A stretch of 64,000 bases of DNA, from the NCBI GenBank assembly GCA_022530585.1, contig CP092821.1, positions 70,222 through 134,221 of the forward strand, in the 5' to 3' direction. Of the stretch, positions 37,373 through 45,287 are shown piece after piece. The position numbers and the translations under genes are program-made. Position 1 is the stretch's first letter; every line of letters starts with the position of its first letter. The stretch is from Candidatus Nealsonbacteria bacterium DGGOD1a. Lineage in GTDB: Bacteria > Patescibacteriota > Minisyncoccia > Minisyncoccales > UBA5738. Under the pieces are notes generated by a model, which was not told where the DNA came from, made no database searches, and saw nothing but the letters and a program-made list of their open reading frames with translations.

Positions 37373-37915
37373 ATGACGGAAGAGAGGAGCGGCCTTAGAA
37401 ACACATACCAAGAAGTTAAAGACGAAGATCGTCTTGAGCGTGGCTTAGAAAAAATAATTGACGGCCATTTGCTTATACAGCGGGAATTTCCCAATCCCGA
37501 CCATCCAGAATCATCCTGCAAAGAGGTAGTTGTAATCTTTGAAACAAACCGCGGAATCCCTGTTGCGGTACAGGTAAAACTGGTAGAAAAATACCAAAAA
37601 GCGGGATGGCAACTAAAATTTGGCAAAGACTGGAGATCGGGCGGCCCTTGGGTAATCTGCAACTACTTGGAAAGCGATAATCGAAGGATGGCCAATACAA
37701 AGAAAATAATGGAAGGTGTTGGCCATAGAATGTCGCCGTGGGAAAAAGAGCAAGGAGGGCACAAATGTAAATGTACGGAGCTAGGTTGTGAGCTTGAGAT
37801 ATTTTTTAGAAAAGATCAGAGACCTGACCAATGGATATACTGGTGTGGCAGTTCTCCGGTGCAACGGCTTTTGAAGTGTCCCTGTACCGAAGAGGATACC
37901 ATCGCCAACTTATAA
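37373..37915 (+). CDS. Hypothetical protein with a Cys-rich C-terminal part
   Basis: ORF only. KCKCTELGCE...CGSSP...CPC suggests metal binding. Confidence 0.45.
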   Translation: MTEERSGLRNTYQEVKDEDRLERGLEKIIDGHLLIQREFPNPDHPESSCKEVVVIFETNRGIPVAVQVKLVEKYQKAGWQLKFGKDWRSGGPWVICNYLESDNRRMANTKKIMEGVGHRMSPWEKEQGGHKCKCTELGCELEIFFRKDQRPDQWIYWCGSSPVQRLLKCPCTEEDTIANL

Positions 37916-38099
37916 GGAGAGGATTAAATTATAGACCTTTAGTCCTTTTTTATTTACCAAAAAACTCGTCATTCTAGAATGACGACTAAATGTCGAGTTA
38001 ATGCCAACTTTTTGGCTCGAATTTTGCCTATTTTTTGGCGATATTTCAGCTACCCAAACTCTGCATTCCTTAGAATGCAGAGTGAATGCAGACTTTTTG

Positions 38100-38465
38100 C
38101 CCCTGTTTTGGAATGAATCCGGCCGTTCGGATTGGCAGCCGGCAGACCTGCCCAAAGGCACAGGCTATGATTTAACAACAGCAAGGCGTTGTTTTGCCAA
38201 GGTATGACCACAAACCAGTGTATTACCGCCAAAACAACGCCGTAGAAAAGGGCTCAAGCCTTGGCCTTACCGCTTGGGAATCGGGCTTAAAAACTTGTCA
38301 TTTATAGAATGCCAACTCAATGCCAACCAAATGACAAGTTTTTAACTGCACAACGCACACCTTCACCCCCCATCTTTTCGGCTAAAATGCGTTGTGCCAA
38401 GCCCGATTCCCAAGCCGGCTGCCGGTTTGCGAGCGAAGCCCTGGGTTGGTACTCCAAAACAGGGC
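38100..38465. ncRNA. Candidate structured RNA or extended palindromic DNA site (strand unknown)
   Basis: Perfectly nested complementarities. Outer pairs: 38101-38112/38453-38464 and 38134-38143/38414-38423. A hairpin forms at 38185-38196/38230-38241. A 17-bp stem at 38272-38288/38399-38415 encloses hairpins 38289-38303/38329-38343 and 38348-38357/38388-38397. Confidence 0.35.
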
Positions 38466-38578
38466 GAAGTGAGCTTAGTCGGGGGTCAGAAGCTGGCATT
38501 TTGGACTGGGTTTTGGTATTCTTAAACTATTCAGGATTTTGCTGGTAGAAAGTGCAAACTTCTTTCAGTAAAGACCAC
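38360..38578. repeat. IR-B right copy (219 bp)
   Basis: See 36531-36749. It ends in the CCAC core at 38575-38578. Confidence 0.9.
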
Positions 38579-38628
38579 CCATAAGATAATTTGAAGATTG
38601 CACAGGTTAAACCTGTGCGATTGCGTAT

Positions 38629-39870
38629 ATGGCCGAGTTTAAATTTGAAATAATAAAACAGGATAAAAATTCGCGCGCGCGCGCCGGGGTGATCCATACG
38701 CGCCGGGGAGATATTGAAACGCCTTATTTTGTGCCGGTGGGGACTTTGGCGTCGGTGCGCGGTTTGGATTCATCCGACCTTGGAATGTTGGGCGCGCAAT
38801 GCGCGCTGATCAACACTTACCATTTGCATTTAAAGCCGGGCGACGAAACGATCAAGAAATTGGGCGGAACTCATAAATTTATGAATTTTGATTTGCCCTT
38901 GTTTTCGGATTCGGGCGGCTTTCAGGCGTTCTCGCTGGGATTGGCGCGCGAGCACAACATCGGCAAGATCGGCGTTTTCCCGGAAGAAACCGCGAACAGT
39001 GAACTTCTCGGAAATTTTAAAAGGGTCCGACCCTTTTTAAAAGGGTCCGACCCTTTTAAAAAAAATCTGGTACGAATCACCGGCGGGGGTATTGAATTCC
39101 GATCAATCTATGACGGATCGCGGCATTTTTTCGATGCCAAGAAATCGATGGAAATACAATCAAATTTGGACAGCGATATCATTATGGCGTTTGACGAATG
39201 CACCTCGCCGCTTTCGGATTATGATTATACCAAGATCGCGATGGCGCGGACTCACGATTGGGCCGAGCAATCGCTGGAATACCACAATAAAGACCAGGCA
39301 ATCTACGGCATAATCCAAGGCGGTTATTTCAAGGATTTGCGCGATATTAGCGCGAAATTTATCAATGATCTGCCTTTTGACGGGATTGCCATCGGCGGGT
39401 CGCTGGGAAAAACAAAAGCGGATATGCACGAAATTATTGATTGGGTGATTCCGCAATTGGATGTCCGGCCGCGCCATCTTTTGGGAATTGGAGAGATTGA
39501 TGATATTTTTAAATCCGTGGAACAAGGAATCGACACTTTTGATTGCGTGGCGGCCACGCGCAACGCGCGGCGCGGCTGTTTGTTTGTATTGCCCGAATCG
39601 GGCGGAAGTTTGGCCAACAAATTCCGCCTCAACATTTCCGGCGCGAAATATAAAAACGACAGCGATCCGATTGACGCAAACTGCCATTGCCCGGTATGCG
39701 AAAATTACTCCCGCGCCTATTTGCGTCATTTGCACAACGCGCGCGAATTAAGTTATTTTCGCCTGGCGACGATCCATAATTTGTGGTTTATGCTTCGCCT
39801 GATGGAAAAAATCCGGGAAAGCATAGAAAACGGCAGATTCGCGGAACTGAAAAAAGAATGGTTGGGATAA
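38629..39870 (+). CDS. tgt: Queuine tRNA-ribosyltransferase
   Basis: FSDSGGFQAF (catalytic Asp region), GIAIGG, and zinc site CHCPVCENYSRAYLRHLH. It carries an internal insertion of a palindromic repeat. Confidence 0.9.
   Translation: MAEFKFEIIKQDKNSRARAGVIHTRRGDIETPYFVPVGTLASVRGLDSSDLGMLGAQCALINTYHLHLKPGDETIKKLGGTHKFMNFDLPLFSDSGGFQAFSLGLAREHNIGKIGVFPEETANSELLGNFKRVRPFLKGSDPFKKNLVRITGGGIEFRSIYDGSRHFFDAKKSMEIQSNLDSDIIMAFDECTSPLSDYDYTKIAMARTHDWAEQSLEYHNKDQAIYGIIQGGYFKDLRDISAKFINDLPFDGIAIGGSLGKTKADMHEIIDWVIPQLDVRPRHLLGIGEIDDIFKSVEQGIDTFDCVAATRNARRGCLFVLPESGGSLANKFRLNISGAKYKNDSDPIDANCHCPVCENYSRAYLRHLHNARELSYFRLATIHNLWFMLRLMEKIRESIENGRFAELKKEWLG
39015..39065. repeat. Tandem palindromic repeat inserted in-frame in tgt
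   Basis: ttttaaaagggtccgaccc (39015-39033), tttttaaaagggtccgaccc (39034-39053), then ttttaaaaaaaa. Each unit is a hairpin aaaagggtc-c-gaccctttt. It is translated as FKRVRPFLKGSDPFKKN. Confidence 0.85.
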
Positions 39871-39971
39871 TGGACAAAATCAATAATTTTTGGTATGAAT
39901 AATTTGTTTGAGGTGCGGTCGGGTTGATTTTTATCAGAAATTCATTAACCTATCGCTTATCGCTATTTGTC

Positions 39972-40047
39972 GCCGAGTTAGCCAAGTCGGTCACGGCGGA
40001 TGACTGAAAATCATCAAATCTCGGTTCGATTCCGGGACTCGGCACCA
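39972..40047 (+). tRNA. tRNA-Phe (anticodon GAA), CCA encoded
   Basis: Acceptor gccgagt/actcggc, anticodon stem gatga/tcatc with loop ctGAAaa, T-arm ctcgg-ttcgatt-ccggg, terminal acca. Confidence 0.8.
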
Positions 40048-40230
40048 CGATTTCACTTTCCGGCACTTTGCCGGGCATGGAACTATTCTTGATAAGATTT
40101 TGCTTGCTCCTCTCCGGATTACCTCCGAGGGGCGGCGTTCGCGAATGTGCCACCGGGATCGGATTTTGGTTCCGCGTTTTTGGTTTGACGAACACCTCGG
40201 AGGTGATAGAATATCAATATAGATTGATAT

Positions 40231-40533
40231 ATGGAAACTCCCAAATGCTGCAAAGGCAAAAAGAAAACAAAGGAGATCGCTGGCGTTGCGGTCATTTTAA
40301 AATTGCTGGCCGAAGAAAACCGGCTGAAAACCCTTTGCATACTCCAAAACGGCGAATATTGCGCCTGCCAGATCATAAAGCACCTTGGCCTGCCTCAAAA
40401 CCTGGTGTCGCACCATTTAAACAAGCTAAAAGAATCTGGCTTGATCCAAGGCCGCAAAGAGGGGGTCTGGATTCATTATTCGCTAACCGAGAAAGGCCAG
40501 CGCATAACCAAAGCCGTGCTTGAATTAAATTAG
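40231..40533 (+). CDS. ArsR/SmtB-family metalloregulator
   Basis: RLKTLCILQNGEYCACQIIKHLGLPQNLVSHHLNKLKESGLI (wHTH with a C-x-C metal site). Confidence 0.8.
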   Translation: METPKCCKGKKKTKEIAGVAVILKLLAEENRLKTLCILQNGEYCACQIIKHLGLPQNLVSHHLNKLKESGLIQGRKEGVWIHYSLTEKGQRITKAVLELN

Positions 40534-40536
40534 ACT

Positions 40537-41238
40537 ATGATAAAACTTTTAATCGAATGGAAGCATTTAAGCGTGAGCGGCAAAACTTGCCAGCGTTGTT
40601 CTGATACCGGCAAAAACATTATCCAGGTTTTGGAAGATTTAAAAAACGACTTGCAATTTAAAGAAATCAGTTTTGAATTTGTAGAAAAAGAGCTTTCAGC
40701 AAAAGAGATCAAACACTCCAACGAAGTGCTTTTCAACGGCCTGCCCATCGAAAGCCTTATATCCAACTCCAAGGCAGGGGAAAGCGATTGCCAATCTTGC
40801 GCCGATCTGGTGGGCCAGCCGGTAAAATGCCGCACAGTATGTTGCGAAGGGAAAACTCTGGAAGCAATTCCAAAAGAAGTAATCAAAGAGGCCATATTAA
40901 ATTGGCTTAAGCAAAGCGATAATTTAAAAATCATGGAAAACAAAATCACTAAAATCGAAGTCATCGGTTCCGGCTGTGCCAACTGCAAGAAGTTGCACGA
41001 ATTGGCGATAGCCGCGGCTAAAGAATTGAATATCAATGTTGAAATTGAATATTCCAATGATATTCAAAAAGCTCTTGCAATGGGCGTAATGCAATTTCCG
41101 GTGCTGGCGGTAAACGGCAAGGTCGTGCTTACCGGCCAGGCGGATCTGAAAAAGGTTAAGGACGCGTTAAGCAAAGAGGATAAAACCGACAACCAGTCTG
41201 GTTGCTGCCCCTGCGGCGGCGATTGCGGTTGTCTTTAA
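40537..41238 (+). CDS. DUF2703-like N-domain fused to a thioredoxin-fold (redox-active disulfide protein 2-like) domain, with a Cys-rich tail
   Basis: N-terminal KTCQRCSDTG. The central KIEVIGSGCANCKKL...FPVLAVNGKVV matches the small thioredoxin_3 pattern. The C-terminus is GCCPCGGDCGC. Confidence 0.55.
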   Translation: MIKLLIEWKHLSVSGKTCQRCSDTGKNIIQVLEDLKNDLQFKEISFEFVEKELSAKEIKHSNEVLFNGLPIESLISNSKAGESDCQSCADLVGQPVKCRTVCCEGKTLEAIPKEVIKEAILNWLKQSDNLKIMENKITKIEVIGSGCANCKKLHELAIAAAKELNINVEIEYSNDIQKALAMGVMQFPVLAVNGKVVLTGQADLKKVKDALSKEDKTDNQSGCCPCGGDCGCL

Positions 41239-41248
41239 TTAAGGCTTT

Positions 41249-42229
41249 ATGGATATTTTTTACCCCATTCAAGCGTTTGCCGACCTGGCGGTAAACAACT
41301 GGCTTGGCATAACCAATGAATATTGGGCCAAGGCTTTAAACTTTTTTATTTACGACACTATAAAGATCGGCTTGCTTTTAGTGGCCATCAATTATTTGAT
41401 GGCCATAGTGCGTTACTATTTTCCGGTAGAAAAAGTCAGGGATATTCTATCCAGCCGCAAGTGGTACGGTTTTGATTACCTGCTGGCCGCTTTGCTGGGA
41501 ACGATCACGCCGTTTTGCTCCTGTTCTTCTATCCCGCTGTTTATCGGTTTTGTAAGTGCGGGCATACCTTTGGGCGTAACTTTTGCCTTTTTGATCGCTT
41601 CGCCATTGGTAAACGAAGCTTCGCTTTTTATCTTTCCTTCAATTTTTGGGCTGAAAATGGCATTGATGTATAACGCTCTGGGCATAATTGTAAGCGTTTT
41701 GGCCGGAATGGCGATTCAGCGATTGCGCATGGACAAAAATGTAAACCCCGAATTTTTAAGATTCAAAACTCAAAAGCGGGCGATTGAAGAAAACGGCGGC
41801 CAATCGATATCGATCAAAAAAAAGCTTTTGATCTGGTGGCGGGACGGAATAGGTGTTTCAAAAAGCATTTTTCCCTATGTTTTGCTGGGTGTCGGCATCG
41901 GCGCGCTGATCCATGGTTTCATTCCGCGCGATTTTGTGGAAAACAGCTTGGCGGTTCGGCAATGGTGGGCGGTGCCTTTGGCGACGATCCTTGGTTTGCC
42001 GCTCTACGCCAACTCGGTGAGCGTGATTCCGGTGATTGAGGCTTTGACGCAAAAGGGCGTGCCGCTTGGCACTTCGCTTGCTTTCATGACCGCCACCGTT
42101 ACCTTATCCATTCCCGGCCTTTTGATACTCAAAAAAGCGATGAATTGGAAATTGTTGTCGGCTTTCGCGGTTGTTGCCACCATCGGCATTATGGCCATCG
42201 GTTATTTTTTCAACTGGATTCAGCCTTAA
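41249..42229 (+). CDS. ArsP/YraQ-type permease (PF03773-like)
   Basis: Multi-TM protein with the TPFCSCSSIPL motif characteristic of this permease family. Confidence 0.65.
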   Translation: MDIFYPIQAFADLAVNNWLGITNEYWAKALNFFIYDTIKIGLLLVAINYLMAIVRYYFPVEKVRDILSSRKWYGFDYLLAALLGTITPFCSCSSIPLFIGFVSAGIPLGVTFAFLIASPLVNEASLFIFPSIFGLKMALMYNALGIIVSVLAGMAIQRLRMDKNVNPEFLRFKTQKRAIEENGGQSISIKKKLLIWWRDGIGVSKSIFPYVLLGVGIGALIHGFIPRDFVENSLAVRQWWAVPLATILGLPLYANSVSVIPVIEALTQKGVPLGTSLAFMTATVTLSIPGLLILKKAMNWKLLSAFAVVATIGIMAIGYFFNWIQP

Positions 42230-42238
42230 AAACAAGAA

Positions 42239-42742
42239 ATGAGAAAAACAATCTATATCTTCTTAATAATTTTGGGCATTGGCGGAGTTTTGGGGTTGAT
42301 GTCGGCAATACCCAAAAAAGACGCGGCCGGCGAACAATCGGCGAATTTTGATTCTGCGTCTAACCTCCAAAAAAACACCGGCAATATGTCGATTGCGGTC
42401 GCGCCCGCCCAAAAAGTGGAAGTTTTTCTGTTCCACCGTACGCAAAGATGTGCCACCTGTATTGCCATCGGCAAGTTAAGCGGCCAAACGGTTGAAGAAG
42501 AATTTGCCCCGGAAATTTTAAAAGGCAAAGTGGTATTCCTGGAGGTTAATGTCGATGAACCGCAAAACAAAGCTTTAGCCGAGAAATTCCAAGCCCGCGG
42601 TTCATCTTTGTTTATCAATGTTGTCAGGGGAGGAAGCGATAACATCCAAGAAGATATGGAGGTATGGCGGTTGACCAATGACCCGCAAGCTTTTAAAAAT
42701 TATCTGGCAGGCAAGATCAACAGACTGCTGGGCAAACAATGA
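42239..42742 (+). CDS. Membrane-anchored thioredoxin-like protein
   Basis: N-terminal TM segment. RCATC redox-type motif. Sits between the permease and a CcdA-like gene. Confidence 0.5.
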   Translation: MRKTIYIFLIILGIGGVLGLMSAIPKKDAAGEQSANFDSASNLQKNTGNMSIAVAPAQKVEVFLFHRTQRCATCIAIGKLSGQTVEEEFAPEILKGKVVFLEVNVDEPQNKALAEKFQARGSSLFINVVRGGSDNIQEDMEVWRLTNDPQAFKNYLAGKINRLLGKQ

Positions 42743-43452
42743 TGGAATTTTTAAACGCATTTATGGATAATAGCTCGATTTCTGCCGTTACTGCCATCCT
42801 CTTGGGCGTCTTAACTTCGATCAGCCCTTGCCCGTTGGCAACCAATATCGCGGCCATTGCCTACCTTTCCAAAAATCTAAAAACTATCAGAGGCACTCTG
42901 TCCAATGGCATATACTATGCCCTGGGTCGGGCGGCTAGCTATACTTTGCTGGCCATTTTAATTTATTACGGATTATCGGCTTTTCAAGTTTCTAAATCCG
43001 TCCAGGAGTGGGGCGAAAAGCTTTTGGGCCCTTTGCTTTTGTTTATCGGCTTGGCAATGTTTGATGTGATAAAAATCAAGTTTCCCTCCGGCAACGGCCA
43101 ACTGGAAAAAATAAAGTTTTGGCTGGCGGGAAAGGGAAGCCGGGGAGCCTTCCTCTTGGGCGCGATATTTGCCCTGGCCTTTTGTCCTTACAGCGCGGTA
43201 CTCTTCTTTGGCGCGCTTATTCCACTGGTGCTAAAATCTTCCGGCGGCCTGCTTTTACCTTCTTTATTCGCCCTAGGTACCGGCTTGCCGGTTATTATTT
43301 TTGCCTTCTTAATCGCTTTTAGCGCGCAAAAGATCGGGGCAATGTTTAAAGTAATGCAAAGAATCGAAAAGATTATGCGCTATGCTGTAGCCATAACTTT
43401 TATTTCAGTCGGCATATATTATCTGCGTTTTGCGTTTCATGCCAATGGTTGA
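42739..43452 (+). CDS. CcdA/DsbD-family transmembrane thiol-disulfide (electron) transporter-like protein
   Basis: Six TM helices with SISPCPL and FCPYS Cys motifs, typical of the CcdA/DsbD core. Confidence 0.6.
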   Translation: MMEFLNAFMDNSSISAVTAILLGVLTSISPCPLATNIAAIAYLSKNLKTIRGTLSNGIYYALGRAASYTLLAILIYYGLSAFQVSKSVQEWGEKLLGPLLLFIGLAMFDVIKIKFPSGNGQLEKIKFWLAGKGSRGAFLLGAIFALAFCPYSAVLFFGALIPLVLKSSGGLLLPSLFALGTGLPVIIFAFLIAFSAQKIGAMFKVMQRIEKIMRYAVAITFISVGIYYLRFAFHANG

Positions 43453-43578
43453 CCATTAAAACTCGCGAAATATTTTTATAAAGGGTTCGACCCTTTGGAT
43501 TATGTCTCGGGAATACTTGGGACGGGCGATAAGACTAGACCTTTGAAATGAGAAAACACCCCGAATGCTTTCTTGCCA

Positions 43579-43614
43579 GGGGCTAACCCCTGCGATTACA
43601 CAGGGGATAGACCC
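43579..43614. repeat. GC-rich nested hairpin repeat, copy 4
   Basis: ggggctaacccctgcgattacacaggggatagaccc followed by ttaaaatacaaa. A truncated reverse copy lies at about 15150-15190. Confidence 0.85.
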
Positions 43615-43720
43615 TTAAAATACAAACCCCAGTGAGGGGTTACGCCGCGCGCTATTGACATTGAAAAATTTGAAGAGTATGATTAAGGCAGTCCGATGAA
43701 AATCGGACATTAGTTTTAAT

Positions 43721-43835
43721 TAAAATGTAAAAATCAAAAATCAAAATGACAATGCGAAATTTAAAATTAGATAATTTTTAAATTTGTTCAATTTTTAATT
43801 GTCATTTTTCATTTTAATTTTTAAATTTTACATTT
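43721..43835. repeat. AT-rich palindromic intergenic repeat upstream of nusA
   Basis: aaaatgtaaaaatcaaaaatcaaaatgacaatgcgaaattt ... aattgtcatttttcattttaatttttaaattttacattt. Confidence 0.8.
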
Positions 43836-43841
43836 ACTATC

Positions 43842-45257
43842 GTGGATCTAAAATCATTCGCGTCGGCGGTTAACCAGTTGGCGCAAGAAAAGGGGCTGGC
43901 GCCGGAAAAAATAATTGAAAGCATTGAAACCGCGCTGGCGGCGGCTTACAAAAAAGAATACGGCGAAAAAAGCCAGATAATCAAAGCCAAGCTTGATCCC
44001 AAAACCGGTCACGCGGATTTTTGGCAAGTGAAAACAGCAATGGATGATTCGATGATCTTTTCCGAGGAGGAATTGGAGGAGATGAAGACGGCGGCGAGCG
44101 AAGGCGGGGAAACTTATTCGAAGGAAAAAATCGGGGAAGCAAAATCCGTTCCCTTTGTCGAAGGCTCCGGCGAGCCGACGGAGAAGGTGAAGTTCAACCC
44201 GGAAAAACATATCATGATCGATGACGCAAAAAAGGACAATCCCGGAATTGCCGTCGGAGAAGAAATAATCATTCAATTGGAGGAAAAACAAGATTTTGGC
44301 CGGATCGCGGCGCAGACCGCCAAGCAGGTGATCATCCAAAAAATTCGCGAGGCGGAAAAGGAAACAATTTTCGCCGATTTCAAACTTAAGGAGGGCGAAA
44401 TAATTTCGGGCGTGGTGCAAAGAATCGAAGGCCGGTCGGCGTTTATGGATATTGGCAAGACCACGGGCGTTTTGAACCGCGAAGAGCAGGTGCCGGGCGA
44501 ATTTTACCGTCCCGGACAAAGGCTGAAGGCGTTTGTGCTCAAAGTGGAACAAACTTCCAAGGGACCGATTATCTTTTTATCGCGCGCTTATCCAAAGTTT
44601 GTTTCCAAGTTGTTTGAATTGGAAGTTCCCGAGATCGGTTCCGGACAGGTGTTGGTTAAATCGATCGCGCGGGAAGCCGGATCGCGGACAAAGATCGCGG
44701 TGGCGTCAACGATGGAAGGAATCGACCCGATCGGCGCGGCGGTGGGACAGCGCGGTACGCGCGTGACCGCGGTGATCAATGAATTGGGCGGCGAAAAAAT
44801 CGACATTATCGAATATTCGGATGATCCGCAAAGATATATTATCAACGCTTTGTCGCCGGCGAAGATTATGGAGGTGAGGGTCTTGCCCAAGAATAAAGCA
44901 TTGGCGGTGGTTCCCGACGATCAGTTGTCGCTGGCAATCGGCAAAGACGGCCAGAATGTTCGTTTGGCGGCAAAGCTGACCGGTTGGAAGATTGATGTGC
45001 GCAGTCCGGAGAATTTGAGCGAAGCATTAGCGCAGGCCGAGGAAGACGCTGAAGAAATCGTTATTGCCGACCGAACAGAAGAGAAAAACGAATCGGCTAA
45101 AACCGCGGTTTTGGAAATCGCCAAGGACGGAGAAAAAGATAAAGAAACAAAGAAAGCAAAAACCAAAAAACCCGCGCCGGAAGCTAAAAAGGAGAAAAAA
45201 GCCGCGAAGCCGGCCAAGAAAACAGCCGCGAAAGCAAAAAAAGCGAAAAAGGAATAA
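43842..45257 (+). CDS. nusA: Transcription termination/antitermination factor NusA with an internal insertion and a Lys/Ala-rich tail
   Basis: GTG start. S1 domain GVVQRIEGRSAFMDIG. KH motifs GIDPIGAAVGQRGTRV and AIGKDGQNVRLA. The C-terminus is KKAKTKKPAPEAKKEKKAAKPAKKTAAKAKKAKKE. Confidence 0.9.
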   Translation: MDLKSFASAVNQLAQEKGLAPEKIIESIETALAAAYKKEYGEKSQIIKAKLDPKTGHADFWQVKTAMDDSMIFSEEELEEMKTAASEGGETYSKEKIGEAKSVPFVEGSGEPTEKVKFNPEKHIMIDDAKKDNPGIAVGEEIIIQLEEKQDFGRIAAQTAKQVIIQKIREAEKETIFADFKLKEGEIISGVVQRIEGRSAFMDIGKTTGVLNREEQVPGEFYRPGQRLKAFVLKVEQTSKGPIIFLSRAYPKFVSKLFELEVPEIGSGQVLVKSIAREAGSRTKIAVASTMEGIDPIGAAVGQRGTRVTAVINELGGEKIDIIEYSDDPQRYIINALSPAKIMEVRVLPKNKALAVVPDDQLSLAIGKDGQNVRLAAKLTGWKIDVRSPENLSEALAQAEEDAEEIVIADRTEEKNESAKTAVLEIAKDGEKDKETKKAKTKKPAPEAKKEKKAAKPAKKTAAKAKKAKKE

Positions 45258-45287
45258 TTTGCAACAGAAACGCAATTGATCAAAAAA

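Larger units (their letters stand above)
32729..38578. mobile_element. Putative ~5.85-kb integrative/invertible element inserted next to tRNA-Ala
   Basis: The left junction cgggtCCACatttctg and right junction cagtaaagaCCACccataag recombine formally to an attB (cgggtCCACccataag) and to the attP-like sequence actually present inverted at 36.53 kb. The element carries a serine recombinase, an IS200-like element and AT-rich cargo. Confidence 0.6.

Noticed and set aside
37920-38628. Whether the structured region is an IS200/IS605-type omega/HEARO-like guide RNA, or a bridge-type RNA linked to the nearby transposase or recombinase.
   Set aside because: No TnpB/IscB or IS110-type gene is present. 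The IS200-like element is a separate TnpA-only unit 3 kb away with its own hairpin ends. I see no sequence feature supporting a guide function. The region is kept only as an unclassified structured element.
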